Assembly: GCA_031423695.1 (NCBI GenBank)
Contig: JANPGB010000286.1
Coordinates: 1-53,423 of the forward strand
Origin: Verrucomicrobiota bacterium
GTDB taxonomy: Bacteria > Verrucomicrobiota > Verrucomicrobiia > Limisphaerales > CAIQOK01
Direction of reading: 5' to 3'
DNA: 53,423 nt
Notes under the pieces: generated by a model
Told to the model about the DNA's origin: nothing
The model's input: only the letters and a program-made list of their open reading frames with translations
The model's database searches: none
Shown: positions 18,879 through 28,046 of the stretch, in pieces
Position numbering within the stretch: the first letter of the stretch is position 1
How the letters are laid out: every line of letters begins with the position of its first letter
Program-made: the position numbers and the translations under genes

Positions 18879-19733
18879 ATGTCCCCGCCTTCGAACCCAC
18901 CTCCGGCCGAGCCCAAGCTGAAGATTTATTTCCTGCCGAACCTGCTGACGGCGGGCAATTTGTTCTGCGGCTTCGTGGCGCTGACGAAAATTGTGGAGGC
19001 GGACATTCCCTCGGGGGATTTTTCCAAGATCAAATACGCGCTCGGTTTTATTTTGCTGGCGTGCATCTTTGATCTGTTCGACGGCCGCGTGGCGCGCATG
19101 GGCGGCTGCGAAAGCCCGTTCGGGCGTGAGTTTGATTCGCTCGCGGACCTCGTTTCCTTCGGCGTGGCCCCGGCGTTTCTCGTGCATCGGGTGGTATTGC
19201 ATGATGTTTTTCTGAGCACGCCGCTGGGCGACCATCCCGAATGGGGTTGGTTCATCGCTTCGATTTATCTGCTGTGCGGTGCGTTCCGGCTCGCGCGGTT
19301 CAACTGTCTGGCGACGATGGCGGGCACGGGCGGAGGCAAGGAATTCCTGGGCTTTCCGATTCCCTCGGCGGCGGGCCTGGTCGCCTCGCTCACGCTGCTG
19401 ATCATCCAGCTCAATGAAAAGGACAAGAGCCTCGGCAAATGGAACTACCTGCTCGTGGTCGTGCTGCTGTTTCTCTCGGCCATGATGGTGAGCACGGTGA
19501 AATATCCCACGTTCAAATCGCTCGGGTTGCGCTCGACCAGCACTTTTGCCAAGGCGATCTGCGCCGCGATGTTTCTCGGGCTCATCCTGGTGCTGCAGGA
19601 AAAGATTCTTTACTACGTTCTGCCCGCGTTCTTCACTCTGTATCTGGTTTACGGTTTTGTCCGGCCGTACATCTCGCGGAAAATGCGCCACGAAATTGAA
19701 GAAGAGGACGACGACAACGCCACGGCGGAATGA
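18879..19733 (+). CDS. pssA: CDP-diacylglycerol--serine O-phosphatidyltransferase
   Basis: In-frame ATG at 18879. LPNLLTAGNLFCGFVAL and DLFDGRVARMGGCESPFGREFDSLADLVSFGVAP match the CDP-alcohol phosphatidyltransferase motif DGxxARxxxxxxxxGxxxDxxxD. Confidence 0.85.
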   Translation: MSPPSNPPPAEPKLKIYFLPNLLTAGNLFCGFVALTKIVEADIPSGDFSKIKYALGFILLACIFDLFDGRVARMGGCESPFGREFDSLADLVSFGVAPAFLVHRVVLHDVFLSTPLGDHPEWGWFIASIYLLCGAFRLARFNCLATMAGTGGGKEFLGFPIPSAAGLVASLTLLIIQLNEKDKSLGKWNYLLVVVLLFLSAMMVSTVKYPTFKSLGLRSTSTFAKAICAAMFLGLILVLQEKILYYVLPAFFTLYLVYGFVRPYISRKMRHEIEEEDDDNATAE

Positions 19734-19739
19734 TCTCTC

Positions 19740-20429
19740 ATGGGCGAGCTGCCACCCATCTTGCTGGCGGGATTGACCGGCTGCGTCAGCGGCCTGCTGC
19801 TGGCGATTCCCGTCGGCCCGGTCAACCTCACCATCCTGAATGAAGGGGCGCGGCACGGCTTCCGTTGCGCCCTCCTCATCAGCCTGGGTGCGCTGGTCAT
19901 GGAGGTGGTCTATTGCTTCATCGCGTTCACCGGCCTGGCCTCCTTTTTTTCGCACGGCTATGTCCGGGTGGTGATGGAGCTGTTCAGCTTTGTGTTCATG
20001 CTGTGCCTGGGGATGAAATTCCTGCTGACGAAATCGGCGAACGTGTCCGTCCCGCTGGGCGCGGCGGCGCATAAGCTCGAGGAGCAGATCGAGGTGCGGC
20101 TGCATCCGCACTCGGCGTTCATGATCGGCTTCGTCCGGGTGCTGGCCAATCTGGGCGTGCTGGTTTTCTGGGTCGTGCTCGCGGCAAACTTCATCGCCCA
20201 CGAATGGGTCACGCCGGACTGGCCGGGCCGGCTGGCGTGTGTGGCGGGAGTCGCCGTGGGGATCGGCGGCTGGTTTTTAGCTTTGAGCTACGGCGCATCG
20301 CGCGGGCATGGCCGGATCAGCGAGCGGACCCTCCTGCGGATGGCGCACTGGTCCGGTCTGGGATTGTTGGTGTTCGCGCTGGCCCAGGGCGGCCACCTCG
20401 CCTGGCAACTGGTGAAACACAAGTGGTGA
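19740..20429 (+). CDS. LysE/RhtB-type amino-acid exporter family protein
   Basis: 229 aa with about 6 TMs. The N-terminal IPVGPVNLTILNEGARHG is LysE-like. Confidence 0.7.
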   Translation: MGELPPILLAGLTGCVSGLLLAIPVGPVNLTILNEGARHGFRCALLISLGALVMEVVYCFIAFTGLASFFSHGYVRVVMELFSFVFMLCLGMKFLLTKSANVSVPLGAAAHKLEEQIEVRLHPHSAFMIGFVRVLANLGVLVFWVVLAANFIAHEWVTPDWPGRLACVAGVAVGIGGWFLALSYGASRGHGRISERTLLRMAHWSGLGLLVFALAQGGHLAWQLVKHKW

Positions 20430-20529
20430 AACGGAATCCATCCCGGGCCGTCCCGCGTGAATCCGCCGGTGAATTTGATTGAGCAAGACCGGGGAATAAG
20501 GTATCAAACAGGCTCGAATTTAAGCGCGC

Positions 20530-21507
20530 ATGGAAGAACAACCAACAGCCGGGGTCCTGGACCAGTTTCAGACGGAGTTCGTCGAATTCTGGGGCCGCCT
20601 GCCGAACAAGGGGTTCTTCCTGGCGTTGCTGGCGGGCTGGCTGGCGCTGTTTCATTTCTTTGGCAATCCCACGCTGGGCTACGTGGACACCCCGTCGCTG
20701 TTCCGGTGGATGATGAACTCCTACACCGCGCGCGACCTGGAAGGAAACTTGGGGGACGACAGCATCGGGATGTGGGTGCCGGCGCTGGTGCTGGGCCTGA
20801 TCTGGTGGAAGCAAAAGGAGCTGGTCGCGCCGACGATGAAAACCTGGGGGCCGGGTCTGGGGCTGGTGGTGGCGGGCGTGTTCTTTCATGTGGTCGGTTT
20901 TTTTATTCAACAGCCGCGGCTTTCGATCGTGGGGATGCTCACGGGCATTTATGGTTTGATGGGGATGGCGTGGGGCTGGCAGTGGTTGGTGCGGGTTTTC
21001 TTCCCGTTTTTCCTGCTCGTTTTCTTGATTCCTTTTTCCACCCTGATTGAACCCATCACGTTTCCGCTGCGGCTGCTGGCCTCCAAGATCGTCGAGGGCA
21101 TCTGCCAGACGGTGCTTTCCATTGACGTGGTGCGCGAGGGCACGATGCTCAAGGATCCGCTGAACAAATATCACTACGAAGTGGCGGCGGCGTGCAGCGG
21201 CATCCGCAGCCTCGTGGCCATCGGCCTGATGGCCACGGTGGGGGCGTTCATGAGTTTCAAGCAATGGCGGCGGCGCGCGGTGCTGTTCGCGCTGATCATT
21301 CCGCTGGCGGTGGCCGGCAACGTTCTGCGGCTGCTGACGATCATCCTCGCGGCGGAATTTGGCGGGCAGGAAGCCGGCAATTATGTGCATGAGGGCGGGC
21401 CCGGCGGAATGCTGAGCCTGCTGCCTTACGTGCCGGCCATTTTTGGATTGATGTATGTCGGTCGCTGGCTGGAAGAGCCCAGGAAGGCGGCGGCAAAATC
21501 CGCATGA
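20530..21507 (+). CDS. Exosortase (EpsH family transpeptidase)
   Basis: Polytopic membrane protein with YEVAAACSGIRSL (catalytic Cys motif) and GNVLRLLTIILAAEFGGQEAGNYVHE (Arg/His motifs). Confidence 0.85.
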   Translation: MEEQPTAGVLDQFQTEFVEFWGRLPNKGFFLALLAGWLALFHFFGNPTLGYVDTPSLFRWMMNSYTARDLEGNLGDDSIGMWVPALVLGLIWWKQKELVAPTMKTWGPGLGLVVAGVFFHVVGFFIQQPRLSIVGMLTGIYGLMGMAWGWQWLVRVFFPFFLLVFLIPFSTLIEPITFPLRLLASKIVEGICQTVLSIDVVREGTMLKDPLNKYHYEVAAACSGIRSLVAIGLMATVGAFMSFKQWRRRAVLFALIIPLAVAGNVLRLLTIILAAEFGGQEAGNYVHEGGPGGMLSLLPYVPAIFGLMYVGRWLEEPRKAAAKSA

Positions 21508-22244
21508 ACAAACAGAAATGGATTTTGCTGGCGGCCACGCTGGCGCTCATCTCGACCACCGGCGCGCTGCTGCATCACCTCAAGACCAATCAGCGGCTGG
21601 GCACCCCCGGAATCAAGGCCACGCCCCGACCCGGCACCACAGTCATGCAGATTGAGCTGCCGGCGAACGTCCTGGATTTTACCTCCGAAAAACTGGACCA
21701 GGACGGCATCGTGACCAACATGCTGCCCAAGGACACGAGCTTCGCCTCCCGCCGCTACCGCACGACCACCAACGAATTCGGGATCACTGCCAACATCGTG
21801 ATGATGGGCAAGGATCGCACGAGCATTCACAAGCCGGAGTATTGCCTGCCGGGTCAGGGCTGGCGGATTGAGTCCAAGACCAATGTGGATCTGACCATCG
21901 ACGGCCCGCTTCCCTATCAGTTTTCCGCGGCGAAATGGGTCATCGGCAACTCCTTCAAAGGTGAAAACGGCCAGGTGCAGGAAATTCGGGGGCTTTATGT
22001 GTTCTGGTTTGTAGCCGATAACGAACAGACGCCGGATCATTGGACGCGCATCCTCTGGCTGGCGCGCGACCTGTTGCGGCATGGCGTGCTGCAACGCTGG
22101 GCCTATGTCAGCTACTTCACGGTCTGCTATCCCGGCCAGGAGGAGGCGACGTTTGAGCGCATGCAAAAGCTCATCGCCGCCTCGGTGCCGGAATTTCAAC
22201 TGCCGCTGCGCCCGGCCGGCTCAACCGCCGTGGTCCGACGGTAG
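21504..22244 (+). CDS. EpsI family exosortase-associated protein
   Basis: The ATGA overlaps the exosortase stop. It has an N-terminal TM and HKPEYCLPGQGWRI (EpsI hallmark H-x-P-E-x-C-L-P-G-x-G-W). Confidence 0.8.
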   Translation: MNKQKWILLAATLALISTTGALLHHLKTNQRLGTPGIKATPRPGTTVMQIELPANVLDFTSEKLDQDGIVTNMLPKDTSFASRRYRTTTNEFGITANIVMMGKDRTSIHKPEYCLPGQGWRIESKTNVDLTIDGPLPYQFSAAKWVIGNSFKGENGQVQEIRGLYVFWFVADNEQTPDHWTRILWLARDLLRHGVLQRWAYVSYFTVCYPGQEEATFERMQKLIAASVPEFQLPLRPAGSTAVVRR

Positions 22245-22344
22245 TTCCGCGGAACAACCGCCCCGGCAAACCGGCGCGCGTGAAAAATTGCACGCCGTCC
22301 TGAGATTGGTTGGGTTTTAAGTTCTAAAGTCATAATTTTTTAAA

Positions 22345-23742
22345 ATGCTGCGTCGAGATCGGCTAGTCCAGATGCAAATCCATCAGATGATGGACGCGGG
22401 CATTTTTGCGTTCAGCTTCTGGCTGGCGTATCAGTTGCGGTCCAGCCTCTTCGTACTGGAGCTGTTCGATCTGCCTGAAGTCACCCCGTTCGCCCAATTC
22501 GCCTGGCTGCTGCTGCTCGTGATTCCCGCCGCGCCGTTCGTGCTGGAGTCCCAGGGGTTTTACCAGCGGTCGATTTTTTGTCCGCGCAGCACGACCCTGT
22601 GGCAACTGCTCAAAGCCTGTTCGCTGATGGCGCTGGGGTTGGTGGTTGCGATGTTTTTGCTGCGCACGCAAGAGCCTATCGCGCGCGGGGCGATTGTCTG
22701 GTTTGCCGCCGTCAGCCTCGCGTTGATGTTTCTCAAGGAGGAACTGTTTCGCAATCTGTTCCTGCGGCAGCTTTCGCGTTCGCAGCACAAGCGCCGCTAT
22801 CTGCTGGTGGGCACCCAGGATGAGATCCTGCGGATGCGCAGTGAGTTGAAAAAGCGGGACGTGGCGGGGATTGAAATCCCCGGGGAACTGAACCTGAGCG
22901 AGATCTCGGTGGACTATCTGGTCGAACTGCTCCACGAACATTCCGTGAACGGCGTCATCGTCAGCGCCAAACACGCCTACTTCGAGCATGTCGAGGCCGC
23001 CATCCGCGCCTGCGAACTGGAGGGCGTGGAGGTCTGGCTGGTGGCGGACTTTTTCAGCACCCAGATTTCCCGCATGAGCTTCGATGAATTCCTGGGCCGG
23101 CCGGTGATGGTTTTCCGCACCGCGCCCGAGGCCTCCTGGCAAAGCGTCGCGAAATCGGCCCTGGACTTCTTCGGCTCGCTGTTCTTGTTGATCCTTTCCT
23201 CGCCGCTGTTCCTCGTCATCCCGGCCCTCATCAAGCTGACCTCCAAAGGCCCGGTCTTTTTCCGCCAGCAACGCTCCGGCTTGAACGGCCGGCCTTTCAC
23301 CATGTTCAAGTTCCGCACGATGGTCAGCGACGCCGAGCAGCGCAAACATGAGTTCGAAGCCCTCAACGAAATGAGCGGGCCGGTCTTCAAGATCGCCAAG
23401 GATCCGCGCATCACGCCTATCGGCCGCTTCCTCCGCAAGTTCAGCCTCGATGAATTCCCCCAGCTTTACAACGTGCTGCGCGGCGACATGAGCCTGGTCG
23501 GGCCGCGGCCGTTGCCCGAATACGAGGTCAAGCGGTTCGACGACTGCTCGCATCGTCGCCGCCTCAGCGTCAAGCCCGGCCTGACCTGTCTCTGGCAGGT
23601 CAGCGGCCGCAACGAAGTCAAGTCCTTCGATGACTGGGTGCGGCTTGATCTGCAATACATAGACACCTGGTCCTTCTGGCTTGACGTCAAAATCCTGCTG
23701 CGCACCATCCCCGTCGTCCTCTTGGGCACGGGGGCGAAGTGA
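22345..23742 (+). CDS. Polyprenyl glycosylphosphotransferase (WbaP/EpsB-type priming sugar transferase)
   Basis: N-terminal TMs plus a C-terminal bacterial sugar transferase domain: PLFLVIPALIKLTSKGPVFFRQQRSGLNGRPFTMFKFRTM...DEFPQLYNVLRGDMSLVGPRP. Confidence 0.9.
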   Translation: MLRRDRLVQMQIHQMMDAGIFAFSFWLAYQLRSSLFVLELFDLPEVTPFAQFAWLLLLVIPAAPFVLESQGFYQRSIFCPRSTTLWQLLKACSLMALGLVVAMFLLRTQEPIARGAIVWFAAVSLALMFLKEELFRNLFLRQLSRSQHKRRYLLVGTQDEILRMRSELKKRDVAGIEIPGELNLSEISVDYLVELLHEHSVNGVIVSAKHAYFEHVEAAIRACELEGVEVWLVADFFSTQISRMSFDEFLGRPVMVFRTAPEASWQSVAKSALDFFGSLFLLILSSPLFLVIPALIKLTSKGPVFFRQQRSGLNGRPFTMFKFRTMVSDAEQRKHEFEALNEMSGPVFKIAKDPRITPIGRFLRKFSLDEFPQLYNVLRGDMSLVGPRPLPEYEVKRFDDCSHRRRLSVKPGLTCLWQVSGRNEVKSFDDWVRLDLQYIDTWSFWLDVKILLRTIPVVLLGTGAK

Positions 23743-23855
23743 GAACCTGCAAAGTGAATTGTGACGAGTGAAAAGCAAAATATTCTCGCGACAGGCGTTG
23801 CCCGCATCACGTTCCGCGTTTCACGCCTCAGCGGCACACAAGCAAACCAATCCCC

Positions 23856-24818
23856 ATGACCACAAAAATTAATTCCCGCAACCAGCCCCCCACCTCCGTC
23901 GTCACCGGCGCCGCCGGCTTTCTCGGCTCGCACCTGACCGACCTCCTGCTCGCGCGCGGGCACAAGGTCATCGGCATTGACAATTTTGTCACCGGCAGCG
24001 TGGACAACATCGCGCATCTCGGCGGCAACAAGAACTTCAAATTCCTCGAGCAGGACGTCACGGAATTCCTGTTTCTCGAAGGCCCGGTGAACTACGTCTG
24101 GCATTTCGCGTCGCCGGCCAGCCCGATTGATTATCTTCAGATCCCGATCAAAACCCTCAAGGTCAGTTCGCTCGGCACGCACAAGGCGCTGGGTCTGGCG
24201 AAGCACAAAGGCGCGCGGTTCTTCATCGCCTCGACCTCGGAGGTGTACGGCGATCCGCTCGTGCATCCACAGCCGGAGGAATACTGGGGCAACGTCAACA
24301 CCATCGGCCCGCGCGGCTGTTACGACGAAGCCAAGCGTTTCGCCGAAGCGCTGACGATGGCGTATCATCGCGAGCACAAAGTCGAGACGCGCATCGTGCG
24401 AATCTTCAACACCTACGGCCCGCGCATGAGAATCAACGACGGCCGCGTCGTCCCGGCGTTCATCAGTCAAGCGTTGAAGAACAAACCCATCACCATCTTT
24501 GGCCAGGGCACGCAGACGCGCAGCTTTTGTTACTACGCGGATTTGATCGAAGGCATCTATCGCCTGATGATGAGCGATTACGATCTGCCGATGAACATTG
24601 GCAATCCGACCGAGCTGACGATGCTGCAGTTCGCCGACCAGATCATTCGCGCGACCGGTTCAAAGAGCAAAGTGGTTCACAAGCCGTTGCCGCAGGACGA
24701 TCCGAAACAACGCAAGCCGGACATCACGAAGGCGAAAAGGATTTTGAAATGGGAACCGAAAGTGGCGCTCGCGGAGGGGTTGACCAAGACGATTGAATAT
24801 TTTCGGACGAAGGTTTGA
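23856..24818 (+). CDS. uxs: UDP-glucuronate decarboxylase (UDP-xylose synthase)
   Basis: [13 protein letters not shown]; [15 protein letters not shown]; [29 protein letters not shown]; [13 protein letters not shown]. Confidence 0.9.
   Translation: MTTKINSRNQPPTSVVTGAAGFLGSHLTDLLLARGHKVIGIDNFVTGSVDNIAHLGGNKNFKFLEQDVTEFLFLEGPVNYVWHFASPASPIDYLQIPIKTLKVSSLGTHKALGLAKHKGARFFIASTSEVYGDPLVHPQPEEYWGNVNTIGPRGCYDEAKRFAEALTMAYHREHKVETRIVRIFNTYGPRMRINDGRVVPAFISQALKNKPITIFGQGTQTRSFCYYADLIEGIYRLMMSDYDLPMNIGNPTELTMLQFADQIIRATGSKSKVVHKPLPQDDPKQRKPDITKAKRILKWEPKVALAEGLTKTIEYFRTKV
24712..24818 (+). repeat. 107-bp direct repeat, copy 1 (functional 3' end of uxs)
   Basis: Identical to 25314-25420 except for 5 mismatches (hand alignment). 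Confidence 0.9.
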
Positions 24819-24827
24819 TTATGCCTC

Positions 24828-25082
24828 TCAGTCATCCGCCGGTTGAATGTGAGTGATTTTGACTTCGCAAACGGCGTGATCGGACCAGAACGTGATGGCA
24901 TGTCGGCCGACAACTTTCACTTGAACCACCCGACCCGTTGCATCCTTCTCGGAAAAATCACCGGCGGTGTTTGGACTTCCCGCCAAGGAACGAATGAAGC
25001 TCATCACCGTTTCGCGCTGCCATCCCCGGCGTGGAGCTGAAACCAAGGCGGCTTCGTTGATGTAAACCGCGTAAGGCCGCAT
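24828..25082 (-). CDS. RelE/ParE-like toxin candidate
   Basis: 84-aa ORF starting 3 nt after the upstream small gene. Its layout resembles ParE/RelE: N-terminal YAVYINEAAL, central SLAGSPNTAGDF, C-terminal GRHAITFWSDHAVCEVKITHIQPADD. Assigned by eye only. Confidence 0.5.
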   Translation of the reverse strand: MRPYAVYINEAALVSAPRRGWQRETVMSFIRSLAGSPNTAGDFSEKDATGRVVQVKVVGRHAITFWSDHAVCEVKITHIQPADD

Positions 25083-25085
25083 GAC

Positions 25086-25283
25086 TCAGTTCTTGTCCAG
25101 GCGGCGTTCGCACTCTTCCGGCGTGAGCCAGTGGGATTTGTCGGAATCATTAAGACGGTCGGCGACCTCGCTGCGATGCGCGTCGTCGTGGGCGTAGCGA
25201 AGCTGGAGCGTGTAGGAAATCAACTCCGCCTGTTCCTGTTCATTCAGTCGAGCCACTTCCGATTTCAATTGCTCAAAGCTCAT
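25086..25283 (-). CDS. Antitoxin candidate (addiction-module-component-like helical protein)
   Basis: 65-aa acidic helical ORF: MSFEQLKSEVARLNEQEQAELISYTLQL...WLTPEECERRL. It lies immediately upstream of the toxin-like ORF on the same strand. Confidence 0.5.
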   Translation of the reverse strand: MSFEQLKSEVARLNEQEQAELISYTLQLRYAHDDAHRSEVADRLNDSDKSHWLTPEECERRLDKN

Positions 25284-25313
25284 GCGGTTATTCTATACCG
25301 AAAGCGCACTGGT

Positions 25314-25420
25314 GCAAGCCGCACATCACGAAGGCGAAAAAGATTTTGAAGTGGGAACCGAAAGTGGCGCTGGCGGAAGGGTTGACCAAGACGATTGAAT
25401 ATTTTCGGACGAAGGTTTGA
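25314..25420 (+). repeat. 107-bp direct repeat, copy 2 (orphan uxs 3' end fragment)
   Basis: In the uxs frame it encodes [34 protein letters not shown]-stop. There is no upstream coding continuity. Confidence 0.9.
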
Positions 25421-25429
25421 GGCGGCGGA

Positions 25430-25897
25430 TCAAGCTGCCGAGCTAGTATCTGGCCGGGAGAGGGAAGCTTTGCAGGCTGCTTTCGAACCAGGCGACCCAC
25501 GAAATTCAGTCCTCCAATTTCCGTGCTTCAGCGCTTCACAGCCCGCGATGTTCAACAACATGGAAATGCACAATACGGCAAAGACCCACTTAAACGCAGA
25601 ATGCCGCTTTGCGCGTAAACTCCAGCTCGTCAGAGCGAAATAATAAAGCCAGCCCAAGCTCGCTGAAATTGGAGCTGCATACTGGCTGCTTGGATTAGCA
25701 GAGGTCAGAAACAACAAAGCGGGCAAGCCAATTGGAGTGCACATCGGTGGGAGTAGGATGACCTCCCAAGTGCAAGGTCCTCCCTCGACGAACGCCATTG
25801 TAATTATGGCAACAGCCCAAGCCGCTGCACATAGCCAAAGCCTCCGAGAAAGTGGAATGTGTTCTGATTGCTCCATGCCAATTGCGCCAGCTAACAA
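25430..25897 (-). CDS. Hypothetical small membrane protein (about 4 TM); start and extent uncertain
   Basis: ORF in an AT-richer stretch with four hydrophobic segments (LWLCAAAWAVAIITMAFV, LLPPMCTPIGLPALLFL, LGWLYYFALTSW, WVFAVLCISMLLNIAG). I recognise no family. Confidence 0.4.
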   Translation of the reverse strand: MLAGAIGMEQSEHIPLSRRLWLCAAAWAVAIITMAFVEGGPCTWEVILLPPMCTPIGLPALLFLTSANPSSQYAAPISASLGWLYYFALTSWSLRAKRHSAFKWVFAVLCISMLLNIAGCEALKHGNWRTEFRGSPGSKAACKASLSRPDTSSAA

Positions 25898-25957
25898 GGA
25901 TTCGGCGGCGCGTTGTTCATTCTATCCTTTTCCATATTTCCGACTTTGCGCCGCTCC

Positions 25958-26479
25958 TCACTTCTTATCAAGTTTGCTTTCCTTTTCAGCACGGCGTCGC
26001 GGGCGCTGCTTGGCGGAGATGGATTTGATGATCGTTTGGCCACTGCCTTTCTTTGAAAGCAGGGTCTTCGCTTTCGCGGCGGCGGTTCGCATCAGCGCCA
26101 ACACTTGGGGAGACTTGAGCGGCGCGGCGGTGGGGAGACGGATGAAACGGTTTTGCTTTCCGCTACCGAGCAGAAGCTTCGCGGGATCCGGCAGCGACGC
26201 GCCCTGATAAAACGACAGGATGACTCCGTTCGCCGCCGCCGCGAGCGAGACGATGGCATCCGACGCGCGCTCCGTGGTCGCATAGCCGATGACAAAGAAG
26301 TTGTAGTTGTCGTAAACGAGTTCGTTGGCGGTCGGCAGGAGCTGGCGAAGTTCCGTGCGGCACTGGCGCATCACCTGCGCGACCTTGGGATCGAACTTGG
26401 CGAGGAAGGCCGCGACTTGTTTCGCGGGCGCGCTGGGCGATCCATCCCTTTTCATGTTTTCGACTTTGGGCCGGGCCAA
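25958..26479 (-). CDS. DUF1801 (YdhG-like) domain protein with a basic C-terminal tail
   Basis: 173-aa ORF. FLAKFDPKVAQVMRQCRTELRQLLPTANELVYDNYNFFVIGY resembles DUF1801. The tail is KQRPRRRAEKESKLDKK. Confidence 0.55.
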   Translation of the reverse strand: MARPKVENMKRDGSPSAPAKQVAAFLAKFDPKVAQVMRQCRTELRQLLPTANELVYDNYNFFVIGYATTERASDAIVSLAAAANGVILSFYQGASLPDPAKLLLGSGKQNRFIRLPTAAPLKSPQVLALMRTAAAKAKTLLSKKGSGQTIIKSISAKQRPRRRAEKESKLDKK

Positions 26480-27098
26480 ATGTTTTGTCCACGGAAAATG
26501 AATCGACTGTTGGTGTCACGTCGGGCCTGTGGCCCGATTCCGTCGGCGCACGTGAACCCGCGCAATTATGTTGAATGCCTCCTCCATTCATCAGTCTTTG
26601 CGTCCAATGGCGCAGAGACCACTCCGCTAGTTCATTCTCACCACCAATTTCACTCCGCGCGGGGTCGCGGCCCGAAGAAGCAGTGGGAAGATTTTTCCGC
26701 AGCGGCAGAATTTTCCTGGCGGGGTTGGCCACAATGCGGGTTTTCCAGGCTTTTGGCGCGCGAACCGGGCTGGCACGCTCGCAGCTAGACACGGCTACCA
26801 TGAATCCAAACCATCAACTTTCGCCCCTCCTGGCCATGGGGCAAAAACTCCCGGTGCCAATCTGGATGTTTGAAGTCGCGGCCGTGGCCGTGGCCTCAGA
26901 GCGGGCGGGCCATCTTGCAAACCGCGACGCGTTGCGCGATGACAAGGGGCTCGCCGAAGGCTCGCGCCACGCCCAGCGCCCGCCCGGTTGGTCGCCCCTG
27001 AACGACTTCTGAGCCAGCCCCGCGCTCGAGGTTGCGCGCCGGACACCATGCCGGGTCTTCAGCGCCCGCCAGCAGGCCGGCGCCGGAGCGAAGGGGCT

Positions 27099-27869
27099 TC
27101 ACATCCCCATGATCTGATAGCCGCCATCCACGTAGATGACCTGGCCGGTGATGGCCGCCGCGCCGTCGCTGGCGAGAAAGGTTCCGGACGCGCCGAGTTC
27201 TTCCGGCAAGACATTCCGTTTCAACGGCGCGTGGGCTTCATAGTGCTTGAGCATTTCGTTGAAACCGGAAATGCCGCGGGCGGCCAGCGTGTTGACCGGC
27301 CCGGCGCTGATGCAGTTCACGCGGATTTTTTTCGGACCGAGATCGTACGCGAGATAACGGGTGCTGGCTTCCAGCGACGCCTTGGCCACGCCCATGACGT
27401 TGTAATGGGGCACCACCTTTTCCGCGCCGTAATAACTCATCGCCACGATGCTGCCGCCGTCGGTCATCAACGGTGCCGCGCCGCGGGCGAGCGCGACGAG
27501 CGAATACGCGCTCACGTCGTGCGCGATGCGGAAGGCCTCGCGGCTCGTATTCACAAATTCGCCTTCCAGCGCCTCTTTTGGCGCGTAGGCCACGGAGTGC
27601 AGGAGCAGGTGGAGTTTCCCGAATTTCGCGCCCGTCTCGGCAAACACGCGGGCGATGTCCTCGTCCTTGGTCACGTCGCACGGCATGATGAGCGTGTCCG
27701 CGCCGAAGGTGCCGGCCAGTTCCTCGACGTTTTCCTTGAGGCGTTCGCCCTGGTAGGTGAAGGCGAGTTTGGCGCCGGCCTTGGCCCAGGCCTGCGCGAT
27801 GGCCCAGGCGATGGAGCGTTTGTTGGCGACACCGAAGACGATTCCGAGCTTGCCGGCGAGTAGAGACAT
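27099..27869 (-). CDS. fabI: Enoyl-[acyl-carrier-protein] reductase (NADH)
   Basis: LAGKLGIVFGVANKRSIAWAIAQA...SYYGAEKVVPHYNVMGVAKASLEA...RVNCISAGP. Confidence 0.92.
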   Translation of the reverse strand: MSLLAGKLGIVFGVANKRSIAWAIAQAWAKAGAKLAFTYQGERLKENVEELAGTFGADTLIMPCDVTKDEDIARVFAETGAKFGKLHLLLHSVAYAPKEALEGEFVNTSREAFRIAHDVSAYSLVALARGAAPLMTDGGSIVAMSYYGAEKVVPHYNVMGVAKASLEASTRYLAYDLGPKKIRVNCISAGPVNTLAARGISGFNEMLKHYEAHAPLKRNVLPEELGASGTFLASDGAAAITGQVIYVDGGYQIMGM

Positions 27870-28046
27870 AGTTTTGTAAAAACGTTAAAGGATTGAACCG
27901 TTAATGGTGCCGTAAGCAGTAGAGAAATTTCGCTCATGGCGCAAGGGAAGAAAGGGGGCTTCCCCGGGGTTGGCGCACACCGACCGCTGCCACCTCCGCT
28001 CACCATCTTGACATCGGCAACGGCTTGGCAAACACTCCCCGACCCT

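Noticed and set aside
18813-20201. 462-aa minus-strand ORF
   Set aside because: Shadow of pssA and the LysE-family gene. Its extreme Arg/His/Gln composition is not protein-like.
22363-23778. 471-aa minus-strand ORF
   Set aside because: Shadow of the priming glycosylphosphotransferase gene.
26896-27102. 68-aa minus-strand ORF downstream of fabI, considered as a gene
   Set aside because: It overlaps competing ORFs in other frames and has no start context or family match. It is kept only as a possible remnant under the 25421-27098 finding.
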